A DNA stretch of 64,000 nucleotides from the NCBI GenBank assembly GCA_050747825.1, contig JBOGJG010000300.1, forward strand, positions 17,479 to 81,478, written 5' to 3'. Below, piece by piece: positions 54,702-63,244 of this stretch. Source of the DNA: Acidobacteriota bacterium (lineage in GTDB: Bacteria; Acidobacteriota; UBA6911; RPQK01; JBOGJG01). The notes under the pieces are model-generated. The model searched no databases. It was given only the letters and a program-made list of their open reading frames with translations, and was not told the DNA's origin. The translations under genes and the position numbers were made by a program. Positions within the stretch are counted from its first letter, which is position 1. Every line of letters starts with the position of its first letter.

Positions 54702-56177
54702 ATGCTGGCAGCGATACTCATTTTTACCTGGCTAATGCCGCAGTCGGACCAACTGGCAGAGCAGTCCCGGCGCGCCCAAGAAGCCCTTGAATCGGGGGAC
54801 TTTCAGGAAGCGGTTACACTCTATCAAGAATTGGTCAAAGCGCTGCCCGGCGTGCCGGGACTCAAGATGAATCTGGGAATCTCTCTTCATATGGCGGGCG
54901 ACTTTCACAGCGCCATCCAGGAGCTCCAGGCGGCAGTCGGCGCCGATGAAAAGCTCGTCTCGGGATGGCTTTTTCTGGGCTCCAGCTACCTGCAGGCCGG
55001 TCAGCCCCGCAAGGCTATCCAACCGCTCGAGAGATACCTGAAAGAGAAGCCGGGAGAACCGCAGGTCCACAAGATTCTGGCTGAGGCCTTCCTTTCATTG
55101 GAAGATTACGAAAAGGCGATTGAGCACTTTGGCAAGCTGTCGGATCTGGACGCTTCCGATGCCGGGGCCTGGTACGGCTTGGGAAAAAGTTATGAGGCGC
55201 TGGCCGCCCGAGCCTTTGGCAGCCTTCAAGCCCAAGCGCCCGAATCGGCCTACTGGTTTGCTCTGGTGGCCGACTCGCGCGTTGCCCAGCAGCAGTACCG
55301 GAGCGCCTTTTATTTTTACAGGAAAGCGCTGGAAAACAATCCCAGCATGCGCGGCATCCATGTGGCTCTGAGCCGCATCTACCGTCAGACGGATCACCCC
55401 GAGTGGGCGGCCGAGGAGGAAAAGAAGGAACTCGAACTCGGTCTGCCTGATTGCCAGTCCGAAAAATTGGTTTGTGATTTTCTGCAGGGTCGATTACAGC
55501 AAGTGGCGGAGGCGGCCGGTCAGAGCAACTCTCCGGAGGCTTACTACTGGCAAGCCCAGGCTTACAATCAGCTCGCCATGCAATCCTTCTCCCGGCTGGC
55601 TCAGTACCCTTCCTCCTTTGAGATGCACCGGTTCAAGGCTGAGATTCACGAAAACCAGGGGGAGTACCTGGAGGCTGCCCATGAATGGAGAAAGGCTCTG
55701 GAAGCCTCTCCCCGAAACCCAATTGCCCTACAGGGCCTGGCGGTTTCGCTTTATCTTCATCGTGATTACGAGGCGGCACAGCCTCTGATTGATGAGCTGC
55801 TGAAATCAGCCCCCAACTCAGCTCAATTGAATTACCTGGCCGGAGGAATTCTGCTCAATCAGCAGAAAGCGCAGGAAGCGGTTCCCGTCCTGGAGAAGGC
55901 CTTAAAAACCAATCCCGACCTTCTGGCCGCGCATCAGGCCCTAGGCCGCGCCTATTTGAGCCTGCAAAAATCGGATGCGGCCATTCCCCATCTTGAAGCC
56001 GCTCTGAAAGGCGACAGCGACGGCAGCTTGCACTATCAACTGGCACGCGCCTACCAGAATAGCGGCCGTGCCGAGCACGCCCGCCAAATCCTGGAGAAAT
56101 ACCAGCAGATTCAGCAGAAAGCCGAGGCTGAACAGGCGCAGTTGGAAGAAGAAGCACAGATCACACCTCCTGACTAA
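54702..56177 (+). CDS. TPR-repeat protein (secreted)
   Basis: Multiple TPR units (...A...Y.LG.SY...G....A...). Confidence 0.7.
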   Translation: MLAAILIFTWLMPQSDQLAEQSRRAQEALESGDFQEAVTLYQELVKALPGVPGLKMNLGISLHMAGDFHSAIQELQAAVGADEKLVSGWLFLGSSYLQAGQPRKAIQPLERYLKEKPGEPQVHKILAEAFLSLEDYEKAIEHFGKLSDLDASDAGAWYGLGKSYEALAARAFGSLQAQAPESAYWFALVADSRVAQQQYRSAFYFYRKALENNPSMRGIHVALSRIYRQTDHPEWAAEEEKKELELGLPDCQSEKLVCDFLQGRLQQVAEAAGQSNSPEAYYWQAQAYNQLAMQSFSRLAQYPSSFEMHRFKAEIHENQGEYLEAAHEWRKALEASPRNPIALQGLAVSLYLHRDYEAAQPLIDELLKSAPNSAQLNYLAGGILLNQQKAQEAVPVLEKALKTNPDLLAAHQALGRAYLSLQKSDAAIPHLEAALKGDSDGSLHYQLARAYQNSGRAEHARQILEKYQQIQQKAEAEQAQLEEEAQITPPD

Positions 56178-56222
56178 GATGTCGGGTGGGATTTTTTCCC
56201 GGCGTTTCCACTAAGCTGAGCC

Positions 56223-56250
56223 CCGGATTACACGGATTACGCGGATTTAA
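56223..56250. repeat. Family B repeat, partial
   Basis: ccggattacacggattacgcggattt. Confidence 0.4.
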
Positions 56251-56298
56251 AGACATCGGCACGACTCTTGCATCCACATTAAGGACTAAAGGAGGTCT

Positions 56299-57039
56299 AT
56301 GATGAGGTCTATGATTATGAATGACGCGAAACTGATTTTAACCGCGTGTTTACTTATCTTTTCCGTTGCTCTTGTAACCGCAGCCGAGTTGAATCAGAAG
56401 ACGGAACTGACGGTACGTGAGCCGATCCAGATTCCGGGAATGACGTTGCAGCCAGGTGAATACGTTTTCAAGCTGGCTGATTCCCAGCAGAATCGGCATA
56501 TCGTACAGGTGTTCCGCGCCGGCGAAGAGGGCAATGAGGAAGAGATTCTCGCGACTATCCTTGCCATTGCAAGTGAGCGCCAATTGGGCGACGGCGAGTT
56601 GGAACTTACCTTTTATGAGACTCCGGCCGGAGTACCCGATGCTCTGAGAGCCTGGTATTGGACTGGAAATGCTACCGGCCATGAGTTCATCTACGATGAG
56701 GATGAGGCTTTCCAGATTGCTGAGGCCAGCGGACAAGAAGTCCCCATACGTGGAGAGGATGACGTAGCCACAGAGAGAGCCAGACCCGGCCAGCGAACCG
56801 AATTTGAAACCCAAGCTGAGGACGAAGATCGCGACGCGCAGTTCGAGCAGGAGCAGACCGTGGCGCAGGCTCAGCCCCGTCAAGAACAGCAGTTCGAAAC
56901 GCAGCAGCAGTTCGAAGAAGAGGAAGAAGAGCAGGACTTTGGAGCCCTGCCGGGCACAGCCAGCCCTCTGGCGCTGATGGCGCTGATCGGCTTGCTTTCC
57001 CTTGGAGGAGCAGCAGCCGTGAGAGCGCTAAGACGGTAG
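56299..57039 (+). CDS. Secreted acidic E/Q-rich protein with a C-terminal PEP-CTERM-like sorting tail
   Basis: Signal peptide. Low-complexity region ...FETQAEDEDRDAQFEQEQTVAQAQPRQEQQFETQQQFEEEEEEQDF. It ends ALPGTASPLALMALIGLLSLGGAAAVRALRR (motif, TM helix, Arg cluster). Confidence 0.45.
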   Translation: MMRSMIMNDAKLILTACLLIFSVALVTAAELNQKTELTVREPIQIPGMTLQPGEYVFKLADSQQNRHIVQVFRAGEEGNEEEILATILAIASERQLGDGELELTFYETPAGVPDALRAWYWTGNATGHEFIYDEDEAFQIAEASGQEVPIRGEDDVATERARPGQRTEFETQAEDEDRDAQFEQEQTVAQAQPRQEQQFETQQQFEEEEEEQDFGALPGTASPLALMALIGLLSLGGAAAVRALRR

Positions 57040-57050
57040 ACTTACACGAT

Positions 57051-58043
57051 TTGACAATACACCGACGTATATTGAGCCACGGATTTCACGGATTGATGCT
57101 GCTTATTCTATGTCATCCGTGTAATCCGTGGCCCACTCAGGTCTCAGGTCAGCCCTCACAACAGCCATTTCCCATTTCGGTGGACGTTGATCTGACGCTC
57201 CTCTATGTCTCCGTAGAGGATGACGAGGGCGATTTCGTAGGCGGCTTGTCCCGCCAGGACTTCCAGGTTTTTGAAGATGGCCGGTCTTGCGAGATCAAGA
57301 TTTTTAGAGAAGGAGACGTTCCCCTTACCTGGGGTCTGGTGGTGGATAAAAGCGCCAGCATGATGAATAAGTACCAGGAAGTTTTTGGCGCCTCACTCCA
57401 GTTCGCTCAAACTCGCAAGCCAGAAGACCAGTTTTTTGTCGTGAGTTTCAATGACCGTGTTTACATGAGTCTCTCGGAGCAGGATCCCTTCTTGAGGAAT
57501 ATGGTGGACCTGAGACGGGCTCTTATTGAAGTCTCAATGACAGGACAAACGGCTCTTTATGACGCGCTGGTTACGGCTCTCGAGCAGCTTGAACGGGGCA
57601 AACACCTCAAGAAAGCTCTGATTGCCATCAGCGACGGCGGTGATAATGCCAGCCGCCACAGCTTCGATCAGGTGCTGGAGATGGCCCGAGCCTCCGAAGC
57701 GATCATCTACACGGTGGGAATTTACAATTCGGCTAACCGGGACCGCAACCCGGATATTTTGAAGCAGTTGGCCGGCGAGACCGGAGGATTTGCCGCCTTT
57801 CCAGGCCGCACAAGCCGCCTGGAAGAAGTGGCCCAGGAAATTGCCCAGAACCTGCGCAGACAGTACGTGATCGGCTATGTCCCGCTGCCGGCCCCCGACC
57901 AGATGAAATACCGGAAGGTCAGAGTAGAAGTCGAGGATGAGGGTCTTACCGTGAGAACGCGCAGCGGCTACTACTTGGCCACGGATTACACGGTTGACAC
58001 GGAACTACCAGCCTGTGGTAAAAGTCCTGAGGGGTCGTGTTAG
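57051..58043 (+). CDS. VWA-domain protein (Acidobacteria VWA family usually paired with GWxTD proteins)
   Basis: ...FPISVDVDLTLLYVSVEDDEGDFVGGLSRQDFQVFEDG..C.I..F.... LVVDKSASM is the MIDAS DxSxS motif. The first 28 codons are encoded by a family B repeat. Confidence 0.7.
   Translation: MTIHRRILSHGFHGLMLLILCHPCNPWPTQVSGQPSQQPFPISVDVDLTLLYVSVEDDEGDFVGGLSRQDFQVFEDGRSCEIKIFREGDVPLTWGLVVDKSASMMNKYQEVFGASLQFAQTRKPEDQFFVVSFNDRVYMSLSEQDPFLRNMVDLRRALIEVSMTGQTALYDALVTALEQLERGKHLKKALIAISDGGDNASRHSFDQVLEMARASEAIIYTVGIYNSANRDRNPDILKQLAGETGGFAAFPGRTSRLEEVAQEIAQNLRRQYVIGYVPLPAPDQMKYRKVRVEVEDEGLTVRTRSGYYLATDYTVDTELPACGKSPEGSC
57074..57133. repeat. Family B palindromic repeat overlapping the 5' end of the VWA gene
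   Basis: gagccacggatttcacggattgatgctgcttattctatgtcatccgtgtaatccgtggccc. Confidence 0.55.
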
Positions 58044-58095
58044 ACGACTCCACTTCCCTGGCGCACGGCCCCTCAGGACTTTTACCACAGGCTGC
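58007..58095. terminator. 28-bp-arm perfect palindrome between the convergent VWA and GWxTD genes
   Basis: cctgtggtaaaagtcctgaggggtcgtg ... cacggcccctcaggacttttaccacagg. The left arm encodes the VWA C-terminus ...PACGKSPEGSC. Confidence 0.55.
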
Positions 58096-58102
58096 TAAAG
58101 AA

Positions 58103-59737
58103 CTAATTCCCGAGCGCGAGCTTCTGCTCATCTACGATCGTGAACTGTTGGGCTGCCGTTACGGTCTGGCTCGTCAATTGGTCCGTCACCTCGAGCACGA
58201 TTTCGTAGGTCCCCGGCTCCAATCCTTCCAGGCTGAGCTTTTTCAAAAGGACTACTCTTCTGCCCGAGAAGAACTGAGTGGATTCGCCGTTGCTGTCGGC
58301 TGCTTCCCGCAACAAATCGCCATTTTTTAAGAGTTTGTAGTTCACTTTCAGAGCAGGGTTGAGGGTGCTCTGGTCGAGCGCAGCGTTATACACCTGAAAG
58401 TAGACTCCCAACGGCATACGCTGGCTGAAAACGTTGTCCATATTGGGCCGAATCTTCACGTCACCCAGGACGAACATCTCATCCTGGTCAGGAATCCTCT
58501 CCAGGGGTTCGATGAAATCCGAGATGACCAGAGAGCTGCCGCTGAGGTCTTCTTCGGAATAGGGGGGAGGAATGATGCCCTTTTGGGTCACGCCGACATG
58601 CCCGCTGTTGAGATCCTTGACAACCAGGTCCAGCCGGTAACGCATGTTTCGGGCCAGGGGGACTACCTTTTGATAAATCGACGACTTCTGAAGGCCGACT
58701 TCCATGCTGTTCTGGCGAAAGGAAGTGACCACATCATCGTCAAACTCCATCACGATGCGATTGGTCATGCTGGTGATGATCCCGTAAATGGCCAGCCTCG
58801 CCACCTGCATTTCACCTTCCGGCTTGAAGGTCAGGAATTTATTTCGCAGTCTCAGCGTAATCGGGACCAGCACCTTCTCATCATTCAGTTTGAAGTAGTT
58901 GGCATGATACTCGAAGGGCAGATTGGTGTACTCGATGTTCACTTCCACCAGTTCCTTCAAGTCCGGGTACTTCAGAGGCGTGGGCGCCTGAATCTTGGCG
59001 ACCTGCTCGTAGCGCGCAAAAGGCATATCGCGCAGGCGGGCATACATCATGTTGGGATTGAAGCCATGGCCTCCCGCGGCCGGCATGAAGGCGGGACGGT
59101 CGGCGCGCTCGGCCAGTCCGGTCTGCTCGGCCAGCGTCCTTCCGGCGCCCGGAAAGTGCATCAAAGCGTCTTTTTCCCAGTCATAGACCGCCAACTGGTA
59201 CTTGCCGGTAAAGGTGGAATCCACGAATTCCAAAATGATGTCTTCGCCCATCCCTTCGATGTATCGGTAGCGCCACGTTTCAAAAGGATAAACGGACGTG
59301 GTGCCGCCTCCCTCGCTCATTTGGCGCTGGTAAAAACCGCCGGTTGGCCGGCTTTCGATGTTATCGGGAGGACCGTGGATGATGTAGATGATGCCCCGAT
59401 CCGTCACCCATCCCGGGTCGCCGCTGGCGAAATGCTCGTTGGCGTAAGCGATGCGGCGGTAATGTTCTTCCTTAAATTCATTGACCGACGTCCGCGGATC
59501 GGGATCGCGCCGGAACCACAACTGCTCGATAAACTGTTCCCTCTCCTCGTCAGTCGTGAGCTTGCCGAAAACCGCTTTCTCCTCATCGCTGATGATGTAG
59601 ACCACATCCTCAGCGAGCCACTTTTGGTAGTAATCCTGTTTCTCTTCTTCACGGATCTCACCAATGTTTTCCTGCTGAAAAGCGAAAGCCGGGGCGAAGA
59701 AGAGCACCCAAATCAAAGAAAAGGGCAAACGACTCAT
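58103..59737 (-). CDS. GWxTD-domain protein (secreted)
   Basis: Signal peptide. ...FWFRRDPDP... and DPGWVTDRG are the GWxTD motif. Confidence 0.8.
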   Translation of the reverse strand: MSRLPFSLIWVLFFAPAFAFQQENIGEIREEEKQDYYQKWLAEDVVYIISDEEKAVFGKLTTDEEREQFIEQLWFRRDPDPRTSVNEFKEEHYRRIAYANEHFASGDPGWVTDRGIIYIIHGPPDNIESRPTGGFYQRQMSEGGGTTSVYPFETWRYRYIEGMGEDIILEFVDSTFTGKYQLAVYDWEKDALMHFPGAGRTLAEQTGLAERADRPAFMPAAGGHGFNPNMMYARLRDMPFARYEQVAKIQAPTPLKYPDLKELVEVNIEYTNLPFEYHANYFKLNDEKVLVPITLRLRNKFLTFKPEGEMQVARLAIYGIITSMTNRIVMEFDDDVVTSFRQNSMEVGLQKSSIYQKVVPLARNMRYRLDLVVKDLNSGHVGVTQKGIIPPPYSEEDLSGSSLVISDFIEPLERIPDQDEMFVLGDVKIRPNMDNVFSQRMPLGVYFQVYNAALDQSTLNPALKVNYKLLKNGDLLREAADSNGESTQFFSGRRVVLLKKLSLEGLEPGTYEIVLEVTDQLTSQTVTAAQQFTIVDEQKLALGN

Positions 59738-59900
59738 AGGCGCGATTATACACCATCGCCGTCAGCCTCACTGGTGTAAAATCGCTGGCATTCCATGAAA
59801 AGAAGGTCGAGCAGCTCGGCGGAAGCATTTACGTCGCCAGCCCGATCGCGGGCGGCCGAGGCACGCGGTTCGACGTGAGGGTTCCGGATGCACACACGGG

Positions 59901-59958
59901 GAAATAGGGGGGCGGTCACTTTTCGCGACGCGAAACAAGGTGACCGTCCCCCTATTTC
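59901..59958. terminator. 58-bp perfect palindrome terminator
   Basis: ggaaataggggggcggtcacttttcgcgacgcgaaacaaggtgaccgtccccctatttcc. Its arms are related to those at 16758 (cggtcactttt / aaggtgaccg, ggaaat / atttcc). Confidence 0.55.
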
Positions 59959-61749
59959 CTAGCGCGCCACCGGGAGACTCGAAGACTGGACCCCGTTGTG
60001 GGTACGAATCAGCGTCACGGCAATATCACCACTGGCGCTAATGAAGAGAGTGGCGTCCAGATCGTCCGGCAAATCGCCGATCTCTTCAACAAAGATGGCA
60101 GTTTGTTCTCCAGGGTCCAAGGTGATCTCGCTCTGCGCGATGATCTGGCCATCGGCCCGGACGGTGAAGTTGACCACGACAGCATCCGACTGCGACGGAT
60201 TCACCAGGGCCAGGGCGGTGTCGAGGCCCAGCGCAGAACGGCGCTGAATATGCGTGGTGAACTCCCTTGCGAGTTCTGACGCGGCGATGCCGGCTTCGGC
60301 AAGCGGCTCGCCTGAAGGGCCAGCTAACGTGTAGATGACCGCGCCGGCGATCCGGGCATCGGCCTTGATTTCAGCCCACCCAACCGCCAGCGGCGAGGAA
60401 GTGCCGCTGGTGGTGAACGCCCGCGAAGATCTGGGTTCCAACTGAAAGGCGAAGCTGCTATCCGTTTCACCGTCGATAGTCAGAACCTGAGGGTCTCCAG
60501 CCTGCGAAAACAGCCTGAGCTCAGCGCTGACCAGCTCTTCCTGGTTGTTGCTGACCACAACCGTGGACCGAAGCCGATCGTCTACCGCCATTCCATCCGC
60601 CACATGCGCGAAAAGCTCGCGCCAGCCGAACTGAAGCTGCAAGACTTCTCCGCCGTGATCCACCAGGTACAAATTGCCGGCCTCATCCTCACCAAATGAA
60701 CTGATGTGGCGGGACGTAGCGAGCAGCTCGGTCCTCTCCCAATCACCGGGGCCGGTCTCCCGAAGGGACCAGACGCTGCCGGAGATGAAATCGCCGAAAA
60801 TGTAGACACCTTGCAGTCCCGTCGATTCAGGCCCGCGATATACGTAGCCGCCGGTGATCGAGCCGCCCTGCGAACGGCCATAGCTGGTGATGGGGAGGAT
60901 CAGGCCTTCCTCGCAGGGAGGTGAATCGGCGAAGCATTCGGGACCTTCCATTCTGTTCCAGCCGTAATTGCCGCCCTTGAGGATGATGTCCACTTCCTCC
61001 CAGGCACTCTGGCCGACGTCGCCCGCGAACAGCCGTCCGCCGGCCCGGTCGAAGGAGAAGCGCCATGGGTTGCGCAGACCGTAGGCCCAAATTTCGCCTC
61101 TGGATGCAGGATCGTCCATAAAGGGATTATCGGGAGGAATGGCGTAAGGCGAACCTGCTTCAGGCAGGCCCCTGTCCACATCAATTCTCAGTATCTTCCC
61201 CAGTAGATTGCTTCGGTTCTGAGCGTTTCCCTGGGGATCGCCGCCCGAGCCTCCGTCACCCGTGCCGATGTACAGGTAGCCGTCGGGACCGAAGGCCAGC
61301 ATCCCGCCGTTGTGATTCGTGAACGGCTGGCTGAACTCCAGCAGAATGGTCTCTTGGCGGGAAGCCATGTCAGGGTTTTCAGCGGAGACCTGGTACTCGG
61401 CGACGACCGTCGTCAGTCCGTCATTCTGGCGCGTATAATTCACGAAAAAGCGCCCGTTCTCTTCATAATCAGGATGGAAGGCCAATCCCAGCAGTCCCCG
61501 TTCGCCGCCGGAAATGACGCGGTCGTTAATATCCAGGAACGGAGTCGCCAGCAGCGTCCCGTCCTGGAAAATCAAGATTCTTCCCGCCTGCTCCACGATA
61601 AACAGACGCTCCGATCCGTCGCCGGCGTGAGTGACGTAAAGGGGCGAGCTCAATCCCGAGACGAGGGGAACGAGCTGAATCGTGGACTCCGCAAGAGCAT
61701 TACTCGACAGATACAGAGAAAGGCAGATAAGATGCGAAAATTTCAACAA
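59959..61749 (-). CDS. PQQ-dependent sugar dehydrogenase (soluble GDH / sorbosone-DH-like beta-propeller) with a C-terminal extension of about 220 aa
   Basis: ...PLYVTHAGDGSERLFIVEQAGRI.... GLLGLAFHPDY is the conserved HP motif. ...FGPDGYLYIGTGDGG... and ...IWAYGLRNPWRFSFD follow. Confidence 0.75.
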   Translation of the reverse strand: MLKFSHLICLSLYLSSNALAESTIQLVPLVSGLSSPLYVTHAGDGSERLFIVEQAGRILIFQDGTLLATPFLDINDRVISGGERGLLGLAFHPDYEENGRFFVNYTRQNDGLTTVVAEYQVSAENPDMASRQETILLEFSQPFTNHNGGMLAFGPDGYLYIGTGDGGSGGDPQGNAQNRSNLLGKILRIDVDRGLPEAGSPYAIPPDNPFMDDPASRGEIWAYGLRNPWRFSFDRAGGRLFAGDVGQSAWEEVDIILKGGNYGWNRMEGPECFADSPPCEEGLILPITSYGRSQGGSITGGYVYRGPESTGLQGVYIFGDFISGSVWSLRETGPGDWERTELLATSRHISSFGEDEAGNLYLVDHGGEVLQLQFGWRELFAHVADGMAVDDRLRSTVVVSNNQEELVSAELRLFSQAGDPQVLTIDGETDSSFAFQLEPRSSRAFTTSGTSSPLAVGWAEIKADARIAGAVIYTLAGPSGEPLAEAGIAASELAREFTTHIQRRSALGLDTALALVNPSQSDAVVVNFTVRADGQIIAQSEITLDPGEQTAIFVEEIGDLPDDLDATLFISASGDIAVTLIRTHNGVQSSSLPVAR

Positions 61750-61769
61750 TTCTCATTCTAAATGGCATC

Positions 61770-61830
61770 AGCCACGGATTCCACGGATTGGCACAGATTC
61801 AATCAGAGAAATCCGCGCAATCCGTGGCTG
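61770..61830. repeat. Family B palindromic repeat
   Basis: cagccacggattccacggattggcacagattcaatcagagaaatccgcgcaatccgtggctg. Confidence 0.55.
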
Positions 61831-61927
61831 ATCTGGATTTGCGGGAGTTCATGGAGTAAACTGGGTACCCGCGGCTTTTTGGGCAAAAAGGCGAAGGTTT
61901 GTCGTCAAAATATAAGGAGTTCCATCT

Positions 61928-63244
61928 ATGAGAGGTGTCTTTGTCGGCTGTTTATCTGTTTTTCTTTTTACCTTAACGTTTGCCGCTCCACAGGAGCGCT
62001 TTGTGGATGTGGTTGTCTCTTTGAATCCTGATCTGGCCCCGGGCTACCATCTGGGGAACCAGCAGGCGGCTGCCGGTATCGCGCATAGTCTGGGCATTTC
62101 GCCGCGTCACGTGTATGGGACCGCGCTTTACGGTTTTGCCGCCCGTGTGTCCGAAGGACGACTGGAAGGACTTCGCCGCTCGCCTCTGATCGACTCTGTA
62201 AGCATCGACGGCAAAGTCTCCGTCCCTCCACGCGCGGCTGCTCCACCCTGGTGTCGTGACAATCCCGACCATCCCGCCTGCTCAGACGATGGCGGCGGAG
62301 ATACAACAGGCCAGACTATTCCCTGGGGAGTCGCCAGGATCGGGGCCGATCTCAACGCCAATGAAGGAGCAGGCATTCACGTCTATGTCATTGACACTGG
62401 AGTCGATTCCGATCATCGCGACCTGCAGGCTAATCTGGGAAACGGCGCCGCCGTCCAGACCTGCAAAGGCAAAGGCTGCAATCAATCCTGGGACGATGAT
62501 AACGGACACGGCACTCACGTGGCTGGAACCATTGGGGCTATCGACAATGACGTTGATGTCCTGGGCGTCGCCTCACAGGTCACGCTGCATGCCGTCAAGG
62601 TTTTATCCAAGAGCGGATCGGGCAGCTTTTCGGGTGTGATTGCGGGAGTCGATTGGGTGGCCAATGAAACGGCCAACCGGGGGCAACCTTCAGTAGCCAA
62701 TATGAGCCTGGGTGGCGGAGGGTCGAAAAGCGGCACCTGCACATCCAGCGGTTTCACCGGAGATGATAACCTGCATAAGGCTCTCTGCAATGCCAAGAAC
62801 AAAGGTGTGGTTTTCGTGGTGGCCGCTGGGAACAACGGGACCGACGCGGCCAGCAGTGTCCCGGCCGCCTACGACGATGCCGTGATCACGGTCAGCGCTA
62901 CTAATCAGGGCGATGACTGGCCGAGTTGGTCTAACTGGGGAGATGGCGTCGCCTTCTGGACCTCAAACGTTTCAGCTCCGGTCGCCATTGCAGCTCCAGG
63001 CGTAGACATCCTTTCCACCTGGAATGACGGAAAAACCAATACCACCAGCGGCACGTCAATGGCGACACCTCATGTGGCTGGGACGGCGGCGCTTTACCTG
63101 GCCGGCAACTCGCAGGCCGCGGACGGAAACGCCTTTTCAAACACTCGTTCCGCTCTTTTGACAACGGCCGAAAGTAGTGACTCTTTCAGCAACAGCAGCG
63201 GCAATCCTCATGCCGAAGATTTTGCCGACGCTACCAGTCAGTAA
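61928..63244 (+). CDS. Subtilisin-like S8 serine peptidase with N-terminal I9 propeptide
   Basis: Catalytic D (VYVIDTGVD), H (HGTHVAGTIGA) and S (GTSMATPHVAG) are present, with a signal peptide. Confidence 0.85.
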   Translation: MRGVFVGCLSVFLFTLTFAAPQERFVDVVVSLNPDLAPGYHLGNQQAAAGIAHSLGISPRHVYGTALYGFAARVSEGRLEGLRRSPLIDSVSIDGKVSVPPRAAAPPWCRDNPDHPACSDDGGGDTTGQTIPWGVARIGADLNANEGAGIHVYVIDTGVDSDHRDLQANLGNGAAVQTCKGKGCNQSWDDDNGHGTHVAGTIGAIDNDVDVLGVASQVTLHAVKVLSKSGSGSFSGVIAGVDWVANETANRGQPSVANMSLGGGGSKSGTCTSSGFTGDDNLHKALCNAKNKGVVFVVAAGNNGTDAASSVPAAYDDAVITVSATNQGDDWPSWSNWGDGVAFWTSNVSAPVAIAAPGVDILSTWNDGKTNTTSGTSMATPHVAGTAALYLAGNSQAADGNAFSNTRSALLTTAESSDSFSNSSGNPHAEDFADATSQ

